From NCBI GenBank assembly GCA_022821725.1, contig JAJEDB010000043.1, positions 143,900-207,899 of the forward strand: DNA of 64,000 bases, written 5' to 3'. The notes below the pieces were generated by a model that searched no databases, was not told where the DNA came from, and saw only the letters and a program-made list of their open reading frames with translations. The stretch is from Candidatus Poribacteria bacterium. GTDB lineage: Bacteria > Poribacteria > WGA-4E > WGA-3G. Numbering within the stretch: position 1 is the first letter of the stretch; each line of letters opens with the position of its first letter. The position numbers and the translations under genes are program-made. Shown here piece after piece: positions 1-8,531 of the stretch.

Positions 1-44
1 TTGATCGGTTTTCTGGAGGAACAATAAAAGTTTTTGAGAGGAAT

Positions 45-66
45 GGGCAGACACTCCGTTCTGCCC
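45..66 (-). terminator. Possible terminator hairpin downstream of lexA
   Basis: GGGCAGA-N8-TCTGCCC 7-bp stem about 33 nt past the lexA stop. No clean U-tract, so weak. Confidence 0.3.
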
Positions 67-98
67 ACTATATTGCGGTATCGAGATACCCGACGTTG

Positions 99-764
99 CT
101 ACATTTCTCGATGCAGACCGATGACTTTACCGAGTATCATTACGTCGTTGAAATCAAAAAAGTTCGGTTCAATCGCTGGATTTTCCGGTTGCAACCGGAC
201 TCGATCGCCATCAATAAAGAAGCGTTTCACGGTTGCTTCGTCCTCAACCAGCGCGACGACAATATCACCTGGGTCTGCGTTTGATTGTCTTCTAACAATA
301 ACAAAATCACCATTCAGAATTCCGACACCGATCATGCTCGAGCCCATGATGCGGAGTGCGAAGCACTCATAATCGTTAAGCATGCGCGTCGGCATTGGAA
401 GCGTTCCTTCAATATTCTGCGATGCCAGGAGGGGCTCGCCGGCTGCCACACGTCCAAAGACGGGGATCTCTATAACATCTCGCGATACGTCCGCCAACGC
501 CAGATTTGCGTTTTGGCCTTCCAGCCATCTGCTGGTTGCGAGTTTTGGATCCGCCTCTTTTAAAATCGAAATTGCGCGAGGTTTACCATCTTCCCGGTTA
601 ATATACTTCTTCTTCTCAAGGGCATTGAGATGGTCATGTGCCGCCTTTTCGGAAAAACCGAAGTGGCGACCTATCTCGCGAATTGTTGGTGGGTAGCCTT
701 CCTTAATACGCGACTGAATATAGCTGAAAATTTCGCGTTGTCTGCCTGTCAAGGTCTTTGCCAT
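99..764 (-). CDS. lexA: LexA repressor (S24 autopeptidase)
   Basis: 221 aa. N-terminal winged helix (LTGRQREIFSYI..GYPPTIREIG), cleavage region VAAGEP, peptidase core GSSMIG..ATVKRF. Confidence 0.95.
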   Translation of the reverse strand: MAKTLTGRQREIFSYIQSRIKEGYPPTIREIGRHFGFSEKAAHDHLNALEKKKYINREDGKPRAISILKEADPKLATSRWLEGQNANLALADVSRDVIEIPVFGRVAAGEPLLASQNIEGTLPMPTRMLNDYECFALRIMGSSMIGVGILNGDFVIVRRQSNADPGDIVVALVEDEATVKRFFIDGDRVRLQPENPAIEPNFFDFNDVMILGKVIGLHREM

Positions 765-803
765 GAGTAGTCTCCCGTAGTAAGCATTAGTTTATATTTA
801 TAT

Positions 804-832
804 ATTATCCTATATTCAGTTTTAAAATGCAA
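804..832 (-). promoter_or_regulatory. sigma70-type promoter of lexA
   Basis: Minus strand reads TTTTTTTC-TTGCAT-N17-GATAAT. GGGAGA SD lies 6 nt before the ATG. Confidence 0.6.
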
Positions 833-949
833 GAAAAAAATTAATCTTTTATTTTTTTCGTTTGAAATTGGCGGATCATTAGAGAATTGAAACCGAATAG
901 CGTTGTTAACGTCTTAATTGAAGAATTAATTAAAGGAAGAATTTGGAAA

Positions 950-1603
950 ATGCACAGTCTCAATTGTTTTGCCCGTTTTTTTACTAAGCAGAGCCTTGTT
1001 GTTTTGATAATTGTTTTGGTTATCAGCGCTATAGAGGTAGGATTCACGAAAGAGAAAGCAAAGAAGGTTGAACTCGATGCTCGCGTTAAGGACTTTACGC
1101 TCAAGGATGCCGAGGGCACCCCTCATGAACTGTATGCACTCAGTGAAGAGAAACCCGCTACAGTCGTTCTGTTCCTCGCTACGCAATGTCCGATCGCAAC
1201 GGACTATGCGGAACGAATCGTTGCGTTAGTCAAGGCTTACGATGAGAAGGGCGTGCAATTTGTCGGAATAAATTCAAATAAACAGGAGAAGGTCAAAGAG
1301 ATTCGGGAATACAGTGAGGCACACGGTTTTGAATTTCCCGTGCTAAAGGACCCGGAGAACAAAATTGCCGATTATTTCGGAGCGCGAAGAACCCCAGAAG
1401 TCTTTCTTCTCGACGCGGAACGTGTCCTGCGTTACGCAGGCGCGTTTGATAACAGTCCGAAGGCACCGACGAAACACTATCTCCGAGACGCTTTGGATTT
1501 AGTAATCACCGGGAAGGATATTCCAAAATCATCTAAGAAGACAAGAGCTGTTGGATGTACAATTAAGCGAGTTCGGAAAACGGATGTAGATAGGACGCCC
1601 TAA
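950..1603 (+). CDS. Thioredoxin-fold redoxin (AhpC/TSA-like), membrane anchored
   Basis: TM anchor LVVLIIVLVISAI, then LFLATQCPIATDY..VQFVGINSN..FEFPVLKD..RRTPEVFLLD. ATG at 950 preferred over the TTG at 887. Confidence 0.8.
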   Translation: MHSLNCFARFFTKQSLVVLIIVLVISAIEVGFTKEKAKKVELDARVKDFTLKDAEGTPHELYALSEEKPATVVLFLATQCPIATDYAERIVALVKAYDEKGVQFVGINSNKQEKVKEIREYSEAHGFEFPVLKDPENKIADYFGARRTPEVFLLDAERVLRYAGAFDNSPKAPTKHYLRDALDLVITGKDIPKSSKKTRAVGCTIKRVRKTDVDRTP

Positions 1604-1661
1604 ATTCCACCATAGCCCTTGAATCTCTTCGTCGCGCCTCACAAAGGGGGCAAATAGATAA

Positions 1662-4124
1662 ATGCTTCGATTTTTTTATCATCTTTTTCAGGCAGTGCTA
1701 ACGCTATTTTGGCTTGTAGGTATATGCGTGTTTCTGGCGATGTTTGCTGCCATCGGGTTTGCAGGTGGCATGTTGCTGGCGTGTTGGGAAGATGTCCGCG
1801 ATATTGACCTCTATCGCCTTGAATACAATGCCGATATCCAAACATGGCGGCAGCATCTGGAGGTCTACTCTTCGGTCTGTGAAGTCCAAGAAACAGATAA
1901 GATCGCGTTTCTGATCGATAAATTGGAACGTTTGGAGTACAAGAAGGTCCCGGAACTCATTCCGAGGTTGAGTGGACCGGGAGAGTATGCGATCGCAACG
2001 GACGGAACCATTCGCATCCATCTGCGGGATTTTGAGTACCCGAATCTTGATGTGAAGGCGGGATACCTTCGGATTTCAGTGGCGGACGGGAAAATTGCTG
2101 CCATCCGGAACGCGGATAATTCTGTGCGCTATAATTTCTATCTCGAACCGGAGAAAATCGGTGAGTTTGCTGACGATGAGGGTTCCACACGTCGTCTGAT
2201 TCCGCTCCTGCAAATGCCGGACAAACTCACGGGCGCGTTCACTGCTATTGAAGATCGACGATTTTCTGAACATTGGGGCATCGATCTGATACGTCTCGCT
2301 GGGGCATTCAAAAACAACCTGTTGCACGGCAGTCGCTTGGCTGGGACCAGCACATTGACCCAACAGTTGGCACGAAATATCTATCTTTTCGATCAACGCT
2401 CCGACAGGAGCGTCATTCGGAAGGCAAGAGAGATACTCCTCGCTGTGAAAATTGAGAAGGCTTTCTCGAAAGACGAGATTTTTGAACGCTACCTGAACCA
2501 CGTTGATTTAGGGAGATCAAGGTATGGCGGAAAAACGTATCACGGGGTGCAGCAAGCGGCACTCGGATATTTCGGGAAGGAGGTCTCGGAGCTTAACTAT
2601 CACGAGTGTGCATTGCTCGCCGCACTTCCGAAAGGTCCCTACGCGTTTTCACCCTTTTCCAACCCAGAAAGAGCCTTGCATCGGCGGAATATCGTACTCG
2701 ACCAGATGTTTGAACAGGGGTATATCCCGGCTGTATCCGAATGGCGGGCTAGCCGAGACGCCCCACTCCTCCCGCAAAATCTGCCCAGAAAAGGGACACG
2801 AACAGCACTGAAAGAGGCTGGACACTTCCTTGACTACGTTCATGAAGCACTCGGTCGGCTGCCTGAACTCAAAGATAATTTGTATAGTGGTGGATTGAAA
2901 GTTTACACCACGATAGATATGTCCATGCAAACCGTTGCGGAGAGAGAGATCGCAAAGCACCTCCGTGTGATGGATAAAACTTATGGGGGTCCGCGTCTCC
3001 CCGATTACGATACCAATAAGCGGAGTCCACGCCTCGATCCGATTGATGATTACTTGCAGGCGGCACTGATTGCTTACGAACCCAAGACGGGACACATTAA
3101 GGCGATGGTGGGGGGTCGGAATTACAACATTACAGGCGATAAGATTAATTTCTATAATCGAGCGATTGGCAGTGCCAGACGACAACCCGGTTCCGCATTT
3201 AAGCCGATTGTTTTTGCGGCATTGTTAGAAGATCCCGCAATTGTGACGCCTACAACGATTATTGTTGATGAGGCATGGGGCATACTTCCGTTCCCTGGAC
3301 AGCCGATATGGTATCCGCGCAATTATAGTGAGCGGTTTAAGGGTAAAGTTACCGTGCGCGATGTGATCGCGAGTTCCATTAACGTGCCGACAGCGAAAGC
3401 GATGTTGGAGACGCCGATAGCCGAAAACGGTAAATGGGTAGGTTTGAATCGTGTTGTGGATTTGAGCAAAAGAATGGGCATTAAAAGCCCATTGGTTCCA
3501 GTGCCGGCACTCTCTTTAGGTGCGTCTGGCGTAACAGTCCTTGAACTCACCTCGGCGTATGGTATCTTCGCAAACGGTGGCGTCCAGACGAAACCGGTTA
3601 ATATTCAGTACGTGTTGGACGCAGCGGGGAGAATTATTTATACTTCTGATCACTCTCAAGAGGAACGGACCCGTGTTTTAAATGAAAAGGTCGCATATCA
3701 GATTACCTCGTTTATGGAGAGTGTGATTCAGGACGGAACAGGTAGGCGAGCAAGACGGATGGGACTGACGCGACCGGCAGCGGGTAAAACCGGCACTACC
3801 AACGACAACGTAGATGCCTGGTTTGTCGGTTACACCACCGATCTTGTCGTCGGTGTTTGGGTCGGGTTCGATAAGAATCGGTTGAGTCGCCGGAACTACA
3901 ATCAGGAAGGCGCGAAAGCCGCACTGCCCATCTGGGCACAATTTATGATTGATGCCGCTCGCGGTCCAGAAAAGCCGTTCCCGGTTCCGAAAGGTATTGT
4001 TTTCCGGGAGGTGAATAAAAAGAGCGGGTTCCTTAGAAAAGCGGGTAAATGTCCTGAAGAGGACATTAGCAGAGAACCCTTTATCAAAGGACAGCAACCT
4101 GAGAAACTTTGCCCGCTCCATTAA
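1662..4124 (+). CDS. mrcA: Penicillin-binding protein 1A (bifunctional transglycosylase/transpeptidase)
   Basis: 820 aa. N-terminal TM, GT51 motif EDRRFSEHWGID, transpeptidase SAFKP (SxxK), SSIN (SxN), KTGTTND (KTG). Confidence 0.9.
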   Translation: MLRFFYHLFQAVLTLFWLVGICVFLAMFAAIGFAGGMLLACWEDVRDIDLYRLEYNADIQTWRQHLEVYSSVCEVQETDKIAFLIDKLERLEYKKVPELIPRLSGPGEYAIATDGTIRIHLRDFEYPNLDVKAGYLRISVADGKIAAIRNADNSVRYNFYLEPEKIGEFADDEGSTRRLIPLLQMPDKLTGAFTAIEDRRFSEHWGIDLIRLAGAFKNNLLHGSRLAGTSTLTQQLARNIYLFDQRSDRSVIRKAREILLAVKIEKAFSKDEIFERYLNHVDLGRSRYGGKTYHGVQQAALGYFGKEVSELNYHECALLAALPKGPYAFSPFSNPERALHRRNIVLDQMFEQGYIPAVSEWRASRDAPLLPQNLPRKGTRTALKEAGHFLDYVHEALGRLPELKDNLYSGGLKVYTTIDMSMQTVAEREIAKHLRVMDKTYGGPRLPDYDTNKRSPRLDPIDDYLQAALIAYEPKTGHIKAMVGGRNYNITGDKINFYNRAIGSARRQPGSAFKPIVFAALLEDPAIVTPTTIIVDEAWGILPFPGQPIWYPRNYSERFKGKVTVRDVIASSINVPTAKAMLETPIAENGKWVGLNRVVDLSKRMGIKSPLVPVPALSLGASGVTVLELTSAYGIFANGGVQTKPVNIQYVLDAAGRIIYTSDHSQEERTRVLNEKVAYQITSFMESVIQDGTGRRARRMGLTRPAAGKTGTTNDNVDAWFVGYTTDLVVGVWVGFDKNRLSRRNYNQEGAKAALPIWAQFMIDAARGPEKPFPVPKGIVFREVNKKSGFLRKAGKCPEEDISREPFIKGQQPEKLCPLH

Positions 4125-4212
4125 TTAGTACAAGTCGTTACCTTCCGTAAAATACTAATCCCTGCCGAAATCGGGCATCAAATTAAACTGAATGCCCATC
4201 CAAAAATCTCTC

Positions 4213-4241
4213 TACACATTCTGGCTATAGTGTGATATACT
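4213..4241 (+). promoter_or_regulatory. Candidate uvrB promoter with extended -10
   Basis: TACACA-N17-TATACT with TG at -15/-14 (GTGATATACT). The same TGATATACT block recurs at 47422. Confidence 0.4.
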
Positions 4242-4350
4242 ATATAAGGCACAAAACACAACATAAACCGTAAAAATTTCTGTAGTCTTGATGTAAAACA
4301 TCCCTGTATTGCAAGGCGCTCAAAAAGTTGACAAGGAGCCAGAAGCCACG

Positions 4351-6408
4351 ATGAGAGAGAATTGGGAATTGCTGACCAAAATCGATGATTTAGCAGATGA
4401 GATCCCCGAACCCGATAACCCGCGATTTGAACTCATCTCAGACTTTTCACCCCAAGGCGATCAACCCGAAGCTATTGATAAACTTACAGAAGGGCTCCAC
4501 CGTGGAGACAAAGCACAGACGCTCCTCGGTGTGACAGGTTCAGGCAAAACCTATACGATGGCGAATGTGATTCAGAACGTCCAATTGCCGACGCTCGTCA
4601 TCTCACCCAATAAGACACTCGCCGCGCAGCTTTACAACGAATTTCGGACATTTTTCCCAAACAACACCGTCCACTATTTCGTCAGCGATTACGAGTACTA
4701 TCAACCCGAAGCATATATTCCATCCATGGATACCTTTATTGAAAAGGATGTCCGCATTAACGAAGAGATTACACGGATGCGGCTTGCGTCAACAGCGTCC
4801 TTGATATCGCGGCGCGATGTTATCGTGGTCGCAAGTGTTTCCTGTCTTTACGGTCTCGGTTCCCCAGATGAATTTGAAAATCAGAGGGTTCAAGTCGCCG
4901 TTGGCGATGTCGTTCGGCGCGACGCACTCCTACGCGCGTTGGTCGATATTCAGTATGTCCGCAACGATATTGAGTTCTGGCAAGGTGTGTTCCGTGCCCG
5001 TGGTGATGTCGTTGAAGTTTTTCCTGCTTACAGTGAGCACGCGTATCGTATTGAACTTTTTGGGGACGAAATTGATCGCATTAACGAAATTAATACTACG
5101 ACTGGAGAGGTGTTGGCACAACGGGATTTCCTTGAAATTTATCCCGCTAAGCATTTCATGACCGACGGTGAAATCTTTGATCAGGCGTTAATCAATATTG
5201 AACTGGAACTCCAAGACCGGATTCTGACGTTTGAGAAAGAGACGAAATTGCTGGAAGCGCAACGCATTGAGCAGCGCACTCGATTTGACTTGGAGATGTT
5301 ACGGGAGGTGGGTTACTGCGCCGGTATTGAAAATTACTCACGGCATCTTTCAGGATTGCAACCCGGTGATCCGCCGTATTGCCTGATGCACTACTTTCCG
5401 GATGACTTCCTGCTTTTTATTGATGAATCTCACGTAACGATTCCGCAGCTGCGAGGTATGTATCGGGGTGACCGCTCCCGAAAGCAGACGCTTGTTGAAT
5501 ATGGTTTCCGTCTGCCCTCCGCTTTGGATAACCGTCCGCTCCGGTTCGATGAAGTGGAGGCGCGCGTCAACCAAGTTGTCTTTGTCTCCGCGACACCGGG
5601 TCCCTATGAAATGGAAAACAGCGCGCAAGTTGTTGAGCAGATTATCCGACCCACGGGACTCATTGATCCCGAAATTACGATACACTCCGTGAAAGGACAA
5701 ATAGACCATCTCATCGGCAAGATCCAAGAACGCGTCAGGAGCAAACAACGCGTCCTCGTCACGACGCTTACCAAACGGATGGCAGAGGATTTAACTGAGT
5801 ATTTGACGGAGGCGGGTATCCGTGCGGACTATATGCATTCCGAAATTGATGTGTTCGATCGTGCCCGCATTCTACGTGAACTTCGCGAAGGCGTTTTTGA
5901 TGTGCTGGTCGGTATCAACCTACTTCGCGAGGGGCTCGATCTTCCTGAAGTCTCTCTCGTGGCAATCCTTGACGCTGACCGTCCCGGTTTCCTCCGCTCT
6001 GTCAGGTCTCTCGTCCAAACTGCTGGACGCGCTGCCCGAAATGTTGATGGTGAAGTCCTCTTATATGGGGATAACATCACCGAAGCCATGGACGAAGCGA
6101 TCAAGGAAACACACCGCCGCCGCGAGATTCAACTTCAATATAACACGGATAACAATATCACCCCCGCGACAATTGAAAAGGCAATCCAGGAACTGATCGC
6201 TGAATCGACTGACGCGTATAAGACGAAAAAATCTGACAAGCCTGCGATCCTCCCAGAAAGGATTGAACCGCAGGATATTGACGCGATGATTACAGACTTA
6301 ACGCGACGGATGCGAAAAGCGGCGTTGGACCTTGACTATGAGGAAGCCGCAGCCTTACGCGACCAGATCACTGAACTGAAAGCGCACTCAACGGAACAGT
6401 CCGCTTAA
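4351..6408 (+). CDS. uvrB: Excinuclease ABC subunit B
   Basis: Walker A GVTGSGKT, YYQPEAY hairpin region, FIDESHV box, C-terminal UVR motif EEAAALRDQITELK. ATG 4351 preferred over TTG 4309 (start uncertain). Confidence 0.95.
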   Translation: MRENWELLTKIDDLADEIPEPDNPRFELISDFSPQGDQPEAIDKLTEGLHRGDKAQTLLGVTGSGKTYTMANVIQNVQLPTLVISPNKTLAAQLYNEFRTFFPNNTVHYFVSDYEYYQPEAYIPSMDTFIEKDVRINEEITRMRLASTASLISRRDVIVVASVSCLYGLGSPDEFENQRVQVAVGDVVRRDALLRALVDIQYVRNDIEFWQGVFRARGDVVEVFPAYSEHAYRIELFGDEIDRINEINTTTGEVLAQRDFLEIYPAKHFMTDGEIFDQALINIELELQDRILTFEKETKLLEAQRIEQRTRFDLEMLREVGYCAGIENYSRHLSGLQPGDPPYCLMHYFPDDFLLFIDESHVTIPQLRGMYRGDRSRKQTLVEYGFRLPSALDNRPLRFDEVEARVNQVVFVSATPGPYEMENSAQVVEQIIRPTGLIDPEITIHSVKGQIDHLIGKIQERVRSKQRVLVTTLTKRMAEDLTEYLTEAGIRADYMHSEIDVFDRARILRELREGVFDVLVGINLLREGLDLPEVSLVAILDADRPGFLRSVRSLVQTAGRAARNVDGEVLLYGDNITEAMDEAIKETHRRREIQLQYNTDNNITPATIEKAIQELIAESTDAYKTKKSDKPAILPERIEPQDIDAMITDLTRRMRKAALDLDYEEAAALRDQITELKAHSTEQSA

Positions 6409-6604
6409 TAGCATGTATAGCGTGTCCGATCTCCGAAGAAGATATAGCAATTTAACACTTGTATCTTGAAGTGTAATCTGCTAAAATGCAGTCGTTGATT
6501 GTGAATATTAAAACCTGTAATTTTGATCCCTTGAAGGTTAATGATTTTGGCATTTTGTTCACAAAAATATTAATCTTCTTGAGGAACAGAGAAAGGATTT
6601 TGCC

Positions 6605-6862
6605 ATGTTTGTTTGTATAGCTTGCGGCTATTTGTGGAAGGAAGCGGATAGCCCACCAGATGAGTGTCCTGCATGCACAGCCCCGAAAGAAAAATACATC
6701 CCTTACGATGACAGGGCAGAACGTTGGGTCAAGCGTGCTGTCGCGGCACATGTCATGTACCCAGACGAAGAAGGTGCTGACCTCCGCGCGGAGAACTCGG
6801 CACTCTCATCTCACATTAGATTTGCCCTCGTCGGGTTACTCGGTGATCTTGAGAAAGCGTAA
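6605..6862 (+). CDS. Small rubredoxin-like zinc-ribbon protein
   Basis: 85 aa. CIAC..(13)..CPAC four-Cys knuckle at the N-terminus. The rest is unrecognised. Confidence 0.55.
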   Translation: MFVCIACGYLWKEADSPPDECPACTAPKEKYIPYDDRAERWVKRAVAAHVMYPDEEGADLRAENSALSSHIRFALVGLLGDLEKA

Positions 6863-6870
6863 AACTTGAG

Positions 6871-6906
6871 GGAGTCTCGATTCTCTAATTGAGACTCCTT
6901 AATTTT
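6871..6906 (+). terminator. Rho-independent terminator
   Basis: GGAGTCTC-N12-GAGACTCC stem followed by TTAATTTTA. Confidence 0.6.
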
Positions 6907-6941
6907 ATAACCAAAAACATAGCCTGCAACAATACGCAGAA

Positions 6942-8531
6942 ATGCCCAAGCAAAAACACGCAGGCGGGTATACGGAAAGGAACGTCAATGTGAAAACCTA
7001 CTTGACCGAACCGCAAGGAATAATTAAAAGTCTGCTGGTTCTATGCTTCATTGCCTTGCAAGGGATAGCATCAGCACAGGATCTCTCAGACCGGGTGGTG
7101 GAGCACATCTTTCCGAACGGTCTGAAGTTGTTGATGATTAAACGCGATACCTCCCCGACCATCGCCCCCTACATCCTCTTTAAAGCCGGTTCAGTCGATG
7201 AATCGGATGATACACGCGGTATCGCACACATGCTCGAACACATGTTATTCAAAGGCACTGAAACCATCGGCACAAAAGACTATGAAAAGGAAAAGGTCGT
7301 GCTCGCTGAAATCGATCGAATCGGCGATGCCCTTGACATGGAACGTGCAAAAGGCACCAGAGCGGATGCGGACAAAATAGCCGAATTGGAAGAAGCACTT
7401 AAAGCGCAACAGGAGCTCGCTAAAGAGTGGATCGTTACCGGCGAATATAGCGAAATTTACACGCAACACGGGAGTACCGGATTCAACGCTGGCACTTCTG
7501 TTGACTATACGATTTACACGGTGGAATTGCCGTCTAATAAATTAGAGTTATGGGCAATCCTTGAGTCTGATCGGATTAAGAACGCTGTCTTACGCGAATT
7601 TTATGTTGAACGCGAGGCTGTCAAAGAGGAACGGCGGATGCGTGTTGACACCCAACCCGGCGGTAAACTCTATGAACAGTTTATGGCTGCCGCCTTCACT
7701 GCACATCCTTACGGGATACCGATTATCGGATGGCCCTCGGATATTGCGATGCTAAATCGACGCAAGGCAGAAGAATTTTTCCGTGTCCATTATGCCCCAA
7801 ATAACTCTGTCATGGCTATTATCGGGAATATAGACATAGATGAAACCATCACACTCATCGAAAAGCATTTCGGTGATATCCCGTCGCAACCGCTCCCGCC
7901 GGAAGTTACAACCCAAGAACTGCCGCAGGAAGGTGAACGTCGTGTAGATGTCGAATTTGATGCTGAACCGCAACTCATGATTGGGTACCATAAACCGACA
8001 CTCCCACACTTTGACGACTATGTGTTGGATTTTATCAGTGCGATCCTGTCCGATGGGCGCACCTCTCGGTTCTACAAAAACATCGTTGAGAAGGGCATCG
8101 CCGTCTCTGCCGATTCATTAAATGGATACCCGGGGGCGCGTTACAACAATCTTTTTGTTATAGATGGCGCACCGCGGTCTCCACATACAACCTCCGACCT
8201 TGAAGCAGCGATTTACGCCGAACTCGAAAGGCTTAAGACCGACCCCGTCGCAGAAAAAGAATTTAAACGCATCCTCAAACAGGTAGATGCCAGTTTCATC
8301 CGAGGACTGAGCTCGAACGCTGGAATGGCACGACAACTCACCTTCTATGAAGGGATTGCTGGCGATTGGCGTTATATCCTGGATTGGCGTGAAAACATAT
8401 ATAAAGTTACGCCGGAGGACATCATGAGAGTCGCAAAAACCTATTTCACGAAAAGCAACCGCACCGTCGGCACACTCGTTAAGAAAGCGGCAGCAGCACC
8501 CGCCGGTGAAGGGACGGAGGGCAGCGAATAA
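6942..8531 (+). CDS. M16 (pitrilysin) family zinc peptidase, active subunit
   Basis: 529 aa. Signal-like N-terminus, inverted zinc motif HMLEH in GIAHMLEHMLFKGT. Confidence 0.9.
   Translation: MPKQKHAGGYTERNVNVKTYLTEPQGIIKSLLVLCFIALQGIASAQDLSDRVVEHIFPNGLKLLMIKRDTSPTIAPYILFKAGSVDESDDTRGIAHMLEHMLFKGTETIGTKDYEKEKVVLAEIDRIGDALDMERAKGTRADADKIAELEEALKAQQELAKEWIVTGEYSEIYTQHGSTGFNAGTSVDYTIYTVELPSNKLELWAILESDRIKNAVLREFYVEREAVKEERRMRVDTQPGGKLYEQFMAAAFTAHPYGIPIIGWPSDIAMLNRRKAEEFFRVHYAPNNSVMAIIGNIDIDETITLIEKHFGDIPSQPLPPEVTTQELPQEGERRVDVEFDAEPQLMIGYHKPTLPHFDDYVLDFISAILSDGRTSRFYKNIVEKGIAVSADSLNGYPGARYNNLFVIDGAPRSPHTTSDLEAAIYAELERLKTDPVAEKEFKRILKQVDASFIRGLSSNAGMARQLTFYEGIAGDWRYILDWRENIYKVTPEDIMRVAKTYFTKSNRTVGTLVKKAAAAPAGEGTEGSE

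Noticed and set aside
4226-4244. Palindrome TATAGT-N7-ACTATA upstream of uvrB as a candidate LexA operator.
   Set aside because: It coincides with the TGATATACTA extended -10 block, which recurs at non-SOS genes (47421, and related at 21500 and 30528). It is absent from the lexA promoter.
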